Positions 23,160 to 35,740 of a stretch of DNA of 64,000 nt are shown here, piece by piece. The stretch lies in contig NC_134025.1 of assembly GCF_964204645.1 (NCBI RefSeq), positions 806,001 through 870,000 on the forward strand. The letters are read 5' to 3'. Source of the stretch: Tubulanus polymorphus. Taxonomy: Eukaryota > Animalia > Nemertea. The notes under the pieces were generated by a model. It was not told where the DNA came from. It did not search any database and saw only the letters and a list, made by a program, of their open reading frames with translations. Made by a program: the position numbers and the translations under genes. Position 1 is the first letter of the stretch, and the number at the start of each line of letters is the position of its first letter.

Positions 23160-25426
23160 ATGGGTGATGTAAACATATTTCTAAGTCTGCTCGCTGGATC
23201 TCTAGTGAAAGCAGCAATGATGATGTGGGCACAGGGACATCCGGTTCGTAAAAGGGACTGGGAGAAGGTCGGGACTGTGTCGGAACTGTTCGTGCATCCG
23301 TTAAAATCTGGACGAGGATGGAGTGTGACAGAGGCGCAAGTTGAGTCAATCGGACTGCGATATAACGGGGTTTTAGACAGGTAAACATTAACAATATCGA
23401 ATCCGATGCGTCCGGGAGTTTTAAAACGATTTATTTCAATGTTTCGACCGTTGTGAACAAGATCGGCGAAAAATTCATACTCTATTATGACAACTTCTCA
23501 TTTCTCATGAATTGTTTTGTTATATTCAATCTTGTAGCCTGGTCAAATGGTTCGATTGACTGCACTCAAACAATATACATGTAGGCTAAGCAGTAAAGAC
23601 GCTATCTTTACTACTCATGTACTTATCGGGTCGTCTTATGTACGGTTATTCCCAAGGGCATAGTTATCAGTTCTGATTCTAATTTTAAAACAATAGAACC
23701 AAATCTTAACTCTAGACATAAAGGCCACGAAACTGGTGTAAAATGTCTAGTCATGGTTTGACAGCCAAATATGACGCATTTATAAAATGCCCTCAGATAA
23801 ACAATGCCTGCAAAAATGTCTGCGATTTAAAAACTAATGAAAATTAAAATGGAATTTCTATAGCACGCGATATTCCATATCGAGATTAAGATAAAACGGT
23901 CCAAACGGTCTCTGAAATCAAACTTTCTAATTCTCTATTTTTTCCAATCATCAATAGGTTTTATTTGTTGACGAATTCTGAGTACAGACGTTTGAATATC
24001 CGCATGGAACCGACTATGGCTTTAATAGAAGCGAGTATACACGGCGATGACGTACATTTCGACGCACCAGGAATGAATACTTTAATTCTACCAAAACACA
24101 TCAAACCAACAACTGAAAATCAATTTGAATGCACGTTAGTTCTTTTATTTTGATTCTTGTATTTGAATTAGAATTACATTAGTGTCCTCCATAAGAGGCT
24201 TATCTGCTTTATCCCATGTTAAGATCTGCGCTGTGCCCCTGATGCCAATTCTTGGAATGTTTATTTACGACGATTATTGCTTTGGAAAGTAGACTTTTAC
24301 CGGTAATATTCGCATATTGGGAGATAAAAAGCCTTACGGTTAGCAGCCGCAATACTTAAGATTGAATGCAGCCCCGGTATTCCCTGCATTACAGTTTGGT
24401 CCTTATCGATATGCTGTTTATTTCTATAGTATAAAAGATAAACTACATCGTGGAATCGACTGTGGACTCGAGGCTGGATTATGGTTCTCCACGTATCTGA
24501 AACGAGAAAATTTAAAATTCATAATTCCCGACAAAATGTTAAACGAAATTCGTCCGGTAAGATTTGACACCGAATGCTCACCAATGTAAATGTCCATATG
24601 TAAGGCGGCGGATGATTCGCTTTGAGAAACCACCAATGAAGTACCGTAAAGTACCGTATCTGAACTGATAAGTTACAAACCCTTGGTATTTGGCACTATT
24701 TACTGACGTACTGTATTTGTATAGTTGTAAGACTTTATAATTTAATATATTTCAGTTTAGTAATTTCTATTTTATCAATCCTCAAATGGTTTTATGCCAA
24801 TCATCGGTTGATGATTTGAACAGCAGATTAGAAAACTATGAAACAACTGTGAGAGAATTTAGACCTAATGTAGTAATTACTGGTCCATCAGCTTATAGCG
24901 AGGTATGTTTTATTGACATCCTCACTTGAATTTAATCCCACAATCAGATTTTGTTGTCCACGTTCGCTTCGTTTCTTCGTTTTGCTATTGTTTTTAGGAT
25001 GATTGGGAGGAAATGCAGATAGGTGATATACATTACAAAATGACAGAACCTTGTCTTAGGTGAGATTAAGCGTCATCGAGAATTATTAATCGTCAGGAAT
25101 TGGTTTGGGTTTGTAAGAAGTATTTAATGTACATTTGAAACAATTTCCAGATGTCTTATAACAACTGTCAAAGCTGAAACTGGTGTTAGAAATCCAACGA
25201 TTGAACCTCTTAAAACATTAAGAAAGTGAGTAAAAAAGTGTTCAGTTCAGACCACTGCGCTAAGAGTTGTATTTTAACTAATCGCATTTATGATTGCAGA
25301 TATAGAATGCTGCCCACTCACCCGGCCGGTCCCGTGTTAGGCAGATACTGTGAGAATACTACAACTGGTGAAATCCGTGTCGGAGATCCTGTTTACATCA
25401 TTAGACGTCGTCAATCCACAGCTTAA
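23160..25426 (+). CDS. MTARC: Mitochondrial amidoxime-reducing component (MOSC-domain molybdoprotein), about 7 exons
   Basis: VGTVSELFVHPLKS, GLRYNGVLDR, EPTMALI, GIDCGLEAGLWFSTYL, SVDDLNSRL, FRPNVVITG, EDDWEEMQIG, PCLRCLITTV, EPLKTLRKYR, GEIRVGDPVY. Confidence 0.92.
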
Positions 25427-26005
25427 ATACAAATCACTAGTCATTCTATTTTTGTTGTTAAAACGTGGACAAATAAGTAAATATTGAAGGGAAAATATGC
25501 ATTGTTTTCCTCTTTTGCGTTGAATTTTCAAATTGTTCTCACACAAGATCATGCTTACATCATTGCGTGGTTTAAATATTTGAGGCGCAACCATAATGGC
25601 AGGATTGACGATTGAATGGAAAGGAAGGATATCTTCAGCAAATGTTTTGAGGAAAAAATGCTAACATAAGACTTGTTGAATTCACGTGTGGTTTTTATTA
25701 AAAAGATAAGAACACATCTAGATTATACATCGAACTAATAAACGGTTTTACATGATTCCGTTGAAAATTCAAATATTTGAATACAGTGGACCTGAGCAGG
25801 AGTCGTTAAAGCTTACGTTACACACGAATTATTCAGGAACAAAACGACGCATTGAAGTCATATCCACTAAAATATGCAACTCAAGTAGTATCTAAATCTA
25901 CTGTCATAATCAACATTTTAGTTCTGGATTTTCATTTTTTCTGCGTCTAAAAAATCAAAATATATACAAAAACGTCTTTTCTAAGTAAGTGTAAGTGATG
26001 ACTGT

Positions 26006-27962
<1,957 letters not shown>

Positions 27963-28332
27963 TTTTCTGTTCCTGGTGTTTTAGAGAGATTCAGCAGAAT
28001 GTTTATGTTTATATAGTTTGTATCGGTGACGCTCGGGTATTTCCGTACATTGCGTGGTTTCGTTATCGTGGAACTTTATAACTTTATTGATGACTCATTT
28101 TCTGTATTGCGCAGTGTTTTCTATAACGTGTTAGATATCTATATTTAAATGTGACAGTGGATCTTTGAAACACATGTATATATATTTCTTATGAAAAGTT
28201 CTAATAATGGTACATCTTTTCTTTTCGGACTCAAAAAACGACTGCCGTTCAGGGTCCGGTTTTCTAGACTGGTATTTATTGCTTTTGACCCTGGGGCTAA
28301 CTCACTTCATTATCAATTGAGTTAATCTGCTG

Positions 28333-28472
28333 GGGCCGGTTCCATAGTCGAGACTTAAGCCCAAAAAAGTGGTCTTAAATCTTAAGACTGGTCTTAAGTT
28401 GTTAGATTGGCTATAGAACTAACTTGGTCTTAGACTGGTCTTAAATCTAAGTCATGACTATGCAACCGGCCC
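28333..28472. mobile_element. MITE family A copy with CTG TSD
   Basis: ctg|GGGCCGGTTCCATAG...CTATGCAACCGGCCC|ctg. Confidence 0.85.
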
Positions 28473-28898
28473 CTGGTTTCCATGTGGCTCTTAGTATACG
28501 TACCTTGACGGTTATGTTGGGCTACCCGTCTAGCGTCTCAAACCGACGATAGACAAAATGATTTTGCCACCGTATAAAAAATAGATTGACCATTAATCAT
28601 TTAAAATCCGATAAAATAATAGATTACACAAAGTCTTTCTTTGGAGAGATGAAAATGTATTCAAAAGTAGATTTCACAATATTATTGAACTATTTCATAT
28701 TTTACTCAGTAGTTCCATATTAACCACGAGTGAATCTGGATACCACTTAGAATTAACATAATTTACCACTGAAATCTGTAAAACCAGGAAATTGATACCT
28801 ATCACCGACATCATTGCACTAATAAAACGCATTGTGTATAAGTTATTGGTAATTTGTATTCGCACTCATTTTTTCCCTGTAGTGGAAATGCTCCAAAT

Positions 28899-30367
28899 TC
28901 ACTGTCTACGCCTCGAGTTCCTGCTGTGCCCGTACCCGTGGCCGTGACCGCGATTACTGTTATGCCCTGCAAAAGTAAAATGAGTAACTTCTTTAAGACT
29001 TCGAGTTTCAATTTGACGGTGGCGGTAATTCCGCCTGATTCAAATATATCAAGTATTCTAGAGATATGTTTATAACCAGTACTGATATATCAACGTCGAA
29101 TTTAAATTCCAATAACGTGTGCTTCAATTAACTCGACTTCCGTTTTATAACGCTACAACCATTACAATATTTAATGGGTTTTTCAAAGTATCAGTGAATA
29201 CATAAGTTTCATATTAGATTGTCAATAGTTTCCCAGCTCAAAAATGGTGTGAAAAACTATCCTAATACATCAGTTACAGGATAAAAGAGGTAAAAAAAGA
29301 TAGTATCGGATAAGTCGTACTGACAATTATTTCAATATAAGACGGAATTTTCTTGGGTAATGGTAAGAGTAAATGCTTCGGTTATAAACTATTATCAGTC
29401 GTGAAGAGAGAAAACCACGAAATGAATCTATAACAACAGCTCTCGTTTTTCCGTAACGTTTCGGAAGGACTACCTCCACCTCCACCTCCACCTCCACCTC
29501 CACCTCCACCTCCACCTCCACCTCCACCTCCACCTCCATCTCCATCTCCAACCATCTTTAAGAGTTTATTTGAAAACGAATGATTGAAGTTAATCAGGGA
29601 TTTTCTACAGATTCATCGTACACGGATATCGTGTATTTCTTTCATACGTATCATAAAAAATACATCGAATCATCTTTATGTATTTTTTGGTATCATCCGA
29701 TATGATCTAGACAGATATTTCGGATTTCCTCAATCAAAACAAATATTACTGATTAAACAAATCAATAGAATAATCGGAAAACGTGTTTATCACGATTTTC
29801 AACCCCCTAAGATATAACATGATACCAATATTAGCAACAGGTAATGTATAGATAGAAGTAAAGTAACACACCTCTTCCGTAATCACGTGTTTGTCTTGTT
29901 CTTGTTTGAGTAGTCTCTCGTGTTCTAAACGGATTTCTAGTTGGAAGGGTCCATCTTCTTGTTGGCCATCGCCACGGTTGTCTGGTTATTCCTCGCTGCG
30001 ATGATTTGGTAGTAGTTTTCACCGGTGGTTTTTCAGTTGTTATTTTCGGTTGTTCAGGTGTCGGTCTAATGTGTTCCTCGACACTTCGTTCAACGACCCA
30101 CACGTTGTCGTAATCTGTTAATTGAACCGCCTGGATCGTGCAAGGTTTATTGCGAATGAACAAAAAACACTTTTCACGAAATCTGTATCCGATACAATCA
30201 GGTCGATTCTGTAGACACACTACTCCGCAGTTCAAATCATGTATAGCACAATCGTAACAAGCTTTCAAATTGTCACTTTTTCGTAAAGATGAACGAACAA
30301 ATTTCAGTTCATGCTGAAAAGTTTCTCCAGGGACTAATAAGGCGTATATCAGAAATAGAAGACGCAT
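28899..30367 (-). CDS. Small secreted Cys-rich protein (PAN/apple-like domain plus Thr/Arg-rich basic tail), copy 1; exons 30367-29872 and 28966-28899
   Basis: Signal peptide MRLLFLIYALLVPG; CYDCAIHDLNCGVVCLQNRPDCIGYRFREKCFLF matches the PAN pattern C-x3-C-x5-C-x-G-Y-x-F-x3-C-x-L. A phase-1 join to an exon after ttttgcag gives GHNSNRGHGHGYGHSRNSRRRQ*. Exon 2 is inferred. Confidence 0.7.
29473..29551. repeat. (CCTCCA)n hexamer microsatellite in the intron of PAN-like copy 1
   Basis: Seen directly. Confidence 0.93.
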
Positions 30368-31131
30368 AATTGATGTCTCTTTGCAAAATATCTTATAAAC
30401 CAATTTACTCATTAATGAAGCGTAGTAATACTATTCCTACTGTCATAGTTATCCACCTGTGATTATTCAACAGAATATATTCAGGTGTGAATCGAATTTA
30501 TGAACCAATTATTTTCATCTTGCGATAAATTATTGAAAAACCTAACGAGTTTGTTTTATCCCTTGGTTCTTCCACTTCAAAACTCTAAAACGACATAGTG
30601 TTGTAGTCCTTGCAGTATGACCCTCTGTTGTACATCAGTAGCCGAATCCCAGTATCTGAGTTTGACTGAAGCTCAGCTATAACTCTCCCACTCTCTCCTA
30701 CTGCGCGCCGTAAACACTTCACGTTTTTCCAATTTTGTTGTGCGTCATCTTGATTTTCAGTTGTATTTTTCGTGTTGAGAGCAGATTCATAACACTCATA
30801 TAAAATACACTCCCGTGAACTCAAATTAGTTGATAAGAGACTAACTAGGAGTGATCAGGGTCTAGAAAAGAGACTAGGAGTGATCATGATCAAGATCAGT
30901 GACTAGGAGTGATCAGGACCATTTAAATGTTGAAGGGTGCTTAAAACCCTGATTCAACATGTGAAGATAAAGAGGTAATGTAACCGGTAGTCAGGCGTCG
31001 GGCTGGGTCAACTTATATTATACTCAGCAAACATGTGAAACAAGGTATCAATTTTCGAAATTCATGGTTAACGAAGGAATCCATAATCTCCATCTACTGG
31101 GCATCCCACGAACTAATCCCTGGTTACACTT

Positions 31132-31224
31132 GCTGCCATCTAGTAGATTTCCGTGAAACTATTGTAGATCTCATTGAATCATTAAATTCTCATATCTGAA
31201 TTTTGCAGGGTGCCATCTATTGGA
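31132..31224 (-). promoter_or_regulatory. Two CTCF-like motifs between the duplicated PAN-like units
   Basis: Reverse complements TCTACTAGATGGCAGC and TCCAATAGATGGCACC resemble the bilaterian CTCF core. Motif match only. Confidence 0.35.
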
Positions 31225-32854
31225 ATTTTCCAATAATCACAATGAATTGCCTAAGATGAATTAGTCATTGAAGATCCGACAAAATGAGCGAAACATGAAG
31301 AGTCTTCCTTTGAGAAAGAGAAATTTATTTCAAAGTAGATTCCACAACATCAATGAATAATTATCTAATCTAATCTAAGCGCGCATAACCTGACACGGTT
31401 GTTGGGGCACCGAAGATGTCCCATGCCATTAGCAAAAATCCATGATATAGTAGAACTCGCTTTATTCGGATTTTTCCGATCCGGATTTTCATTAAATCCA
31501 GATGAAATATTTAGTCCATTCAACCTGACAACATACGTAAACTATTATTCATATTTCGGATTTCTCTTAATTCGGATAAATCTGGGGGCGGTCCCAATAG
31601 TCATTACAGTGAGTTCTACTGTATTATAACAACCAGTGGTTGTCGTAGGCTCAGAATCCACAACAGAACATAATTACTTTAAATCAAACGTTTGATATTA
31701 AAATCTACTCAGAACCAGTAAATTTCACTCACATAATTGAATTAGTAATGCACATTCTACAACACTTATTGTTAATTCATTCCGCAAATGAGCAACTTCT
31801 TCGAGTTTGGATTTGGCGGTGAAAAAATCGTTCATGTTTCCACCGATTCGGGATTTTACTTCTGCGCAGCAATTCCGCTGCAAATATGTCAAGTATTTTG
31901 CAGTATATTCATAACCAAGTGCTTTGATACCACCGCCAAATTTAGAATTCCAATAAAAGGTTGCAATCAACATGTTGACTTCCGTTTTGCCTGAGAGGTT
32001 TTTTAATGGTTTTTTGAAGTATCGATAAAAAAAGGAGTTTCAAATTAGACTTTTGATATTTTCCCAGCTCAAAAATGGTTTGAAAAATGACCAATTTAAG
32101 GACGCCCTCCTGAAAGTGAGAGCAGTAACAAGGATCAAAATGGAAAATAACTCATTAGCCCCACATTATGGACGGTCATTTCTTACCTTAGAAATAAATA
32201 AATCGTAATCTATTGCCATCTTTTACTTGATGATGATGATGATAATACTATTATTTATAATAATATGTTTAATATAAATATTTCATGGCGAATATTTCTG
32301 GCAGAATATTCCCAAGGATGGGAGCAAGAAAACAACAGACCTAACTCACCAAATATTGAACCATTATCCCTGATTATGTCGAAACATCCTCGGCAATTTG
32401 CAAATAAAATACATCAAATTTTTGAAAAACGCAAGCAGATTGTACATTTATTGTAAATACTACATTCTAACATGCTTCTTTCTATTTTGTAGAATGTGAC
32501 GGACGGTAAGATGTTTAGTGACTTGATTTTGTAACGAAATTTCTATTGAAAAGTAAAGATACGTGTCACGGTTATGATGAATTCATCTATCTTGAATTTC
32601 ATGGTTGCACAAAACCTAGTTATTCTCCCCGGCCACGGTGCGGCTTATCGTCCATTTCTAATCTTACAGATTAATGCACGTACAGCTCTAAATGAGTGAA
32701 TCGATGAAATGATAAAATAATTCAAATATTCATCAGTTTGAAGCTACTTTTTTGTAGTTCCAGTCGATGCTGAGATTTAACTTCTTTTAGATGGCGGTCG
32801 ATTCGTATTTGATCTAACCGGTGATCCAGTGGGTTTTTGAAACTGTCCAGTTGG

Positions 32855-33241
32855 TTATGAATTTCTAGATTGTTCTTCCTGAAATATTCCAGTTGGTTTT
32901 TGCGACGGTTTATCTGTTATTTTCTTCTGTTCATTTTTTCGTCTCATTCTTTTCTCGAAGTTTTTGAAGACCCACACGTTGTCATAATCTGTTAATTGAA
33001 CCGCCTGGATCGTGCAAGGTTTATTGCGAATGAACAAAATACAGTTTTCACGAAATCTGTATCCGATACAATCAGGTCGATTCTGTAGACACACGACTCC
33101 GCAGTTCAAATCGTGTAAAGCACAATCGTAACAAGCTTTAAAATTTTCACTTTTTCGTAAAAATGAACGAACAAACTTCATTTCACGCCGATAAGTTTCT
33201 CCAGGGACTAATAAGGCGAATATCAGAAATAGAAGACGCAT
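32855..33241 (-). CDS. Small secreted Cys-rich PAN/apple-like protein, copy 2 (possibly prematurely terminated)
   Basis: Signal peptide and Cys domain are near-identical to copy 1; the tail diverges (KPTG repeats) and the frame stays open for 25 codons past the TAA. Confidence 0.72.
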   Translation of the reverse strand: MRLLFLIFALLVPGETYRREMKFVRSFLRKSENFKACYDCALHDLNCGVVCLQNRPDCIGYRFRENCILFIRNKPCTIQAVQLTDYDNVWVFKNFEKRMRRKNEQKKITDKPSQKPTGIFQEEQSRNS

Positions 33242-33780
33242 AATTGATGTCTCTTTGTTTAATACCTTAAACCAGTTTACTCATTAATAACACGTAGTTA
33301 TTGCTATTCTCAGTGTCATAGTTTTAATCCGAGATACAACATATTTCATACATATGAATATATAGTTATGAAGCGCAGAAATTTTCGCAATTTATCACGA
33401 ACTAAATGTTACTATTTTCACCCTGCGGCAAATATGACGATTTTCTTTCTGCGATAAAAGATCGAAATACCTGATGAATCCTAGCATTTGTTTTATCCGG
33501 TTCCTACAACTTCAAAACTCTAAAACGACATAGTGTTGTAGTCCTTGCAGTATGACCCTCTGTTGTACATCAGTAGCCGAATCCCAGTATCCGAGTTTGA
33601 CTAAAGCTCAGCTATAACTCTCCCACTCTCTCCTACTGCACGCGGTAAACACTTCACGTTTTTCCAATTTTGTTGTGCGTCATCTTGATTTTCAGTTGTA
33701 TTTTTCGTGTTGAAAGTAGATTCATTATACCCATATAAAATACACTCTCAATAACTCAAATCAGAGTTGATAAGAGACTA

Positions 33781-34061
33781 ATGTCTATTTCAACCTGACT
33801 TGAGAGCATTCCGGGTAGCCTAGCTCAGTCAGTTTTGGTAGTACATACCAGATAAAGGTCTTAATAGGACCATAAAGGACAAGCAGTCGACCTAAATCAT
33901 CATTTTGTAATCCATTTGAAACTGTGTTGAAGGATATCCAAAAAGTCTTCACTGAAAGGGGTTAAATGAAGAGAAGTGACTTCACGATTTGAAAGTTTAA
34001 CAATATGTTTCCATGCCTGCATGCCAACCGAAATGCTCTCAAGTCAGGTTGAAATAGACAT
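33781..34061. mobile_element. MITE with ~30-bp perfect TIRs and TA flanks
   Basis: ta|ATGTCTATTTCAACCTGACTTGAGAGCATT...AATGCTCTCAAGTCAGGTTGAAATAGACAT|ta; absent from the paralogous site at about 30840. Confidence 0.85.
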
Positions 34062-35740
34062 TAGGAGTGTTCAGGATCTAGAGAAGAGACTACTGACCAA
34101 GATCTAGTTAGATTTAATCGTCGATTTACGTATAAACTCACTTTTAGTGTGTCAAATGTGGTGTGGAGAAGGATCCAGTTTTACAGTTTTTGGTTTAAGA
34201 TATCTTATTTGTCAGTTAATTGTCAAGTTAAGATTAGTTCATTTCAAATGTTTTAACTCTAGACTCACGAATATTTAAAACCTCTTCTTCAACGTGTGAA
34301 GATTCTCTCCTTTATATTTTAAACCCGTCTCATAAATTGACGAAGTCAAGGTTGTTCATTTATTACGAGAATTTTAGTGCTCGATTTTGTTGAACTGTAT
34401 CAGACACAAACTGAAAGTTCACTCATAAAATATAACTATTCTATAGGAATTAATGGGGAAATTTCACACACATTGAACTAGACCAAATAGGCCTACAACA
34501 TTAAATTTACTGTACTGTAATCAATGTGTGCTATAACTCACTGATATATAACGGGTTTTATCGAGAATTATATCGATACCGTGAACATTGCATTACTTGA
34601 CCTGATATCAGAAACCCCCAGTACCCATTGTGTAGAAAACATTAAACGTGGGGTTTATTTGATTGAAGTAAAATGTTAGTCATACGAAATAAATGACCTC
34701 ACAATTATTTCAAATCCCTGCACGCTAAGAATAAAAGGAGTCCGAATGTTTCATTCAGCTACACTGTAGTTTACGACGTAACGACTGTATATCCTAATAG
34801 TTTATTCCATGTTTGTATATCCTAACAGTCATCTCCTGCAATACTCAAAATATTTAAGATACAGTTTCCTGAAGATGACTATAAGGATATAACCAAACTG
34901 TCTAATAAACTTATAGCTCAAGGAAACATTTCGAACTTTTATCATTTTTAGTCTGCAATTTTTACTCAGAGTGTTTTCTCAACCAATACAAACATTTTCT
35001 ATTGTAATCTGTATGTAACAATATCAGTCATGGATGAAATGATAAAGTTATAGTAAATGAAGACTTATATATTTAGTGAAAGTTCAATAAACTGTAAAAA
35101 TACAGAAAACTATTTTTATATCGAATGACGCAAAGAGACGTGAACAATATTAAAGGTTGTTTTGTAGATGTAAACATTGCAAAAGAAAAACTGAACAAAA
35201 TACGTGAGAACTTTCAATCTGTGGTTATGTTTTAATGTGGGAATTTCACATTCAAATGAAAATTAATATTCACGAGATCACAAGCAATGCATAGAGTGAG
35301 GGTTTAGAAACTACGTCGCGGTTATAAACCTGATTTTCAGTAGAAATCGTCGTCGAATAAATTGCAGTAATTTTTCCTCGAATATTGAAAATGTGATTTT
35401 TCCTCTGAGCAGTTTTTTCGAAGATTTATGTCCGCTTCGTGACAGAGAACTTGGCTGCGTCATTGTTTGAAACGACATATAAATTCAGTCTTTATAAAGA
35501 TTGTTTATTGAAATTTATTGCCTTTTCGTTTGTTTTCGTTTTTCTTGAAAGTTGAAACTTCTATCAAAACACTTTTAGACTCACCAATAGACTCGACTCG
35601 GACGGTTACGGTTCAGTTTGAAGGGATAGAACATTTTTGATCGACCAGTAATTTATAGAAACTTAACATTATCTAGAATGTGAATAAAACGTTTATCTTC
35701 GGATTAATATATAACCATAGGATTTTTACCGGCAGTAAGA

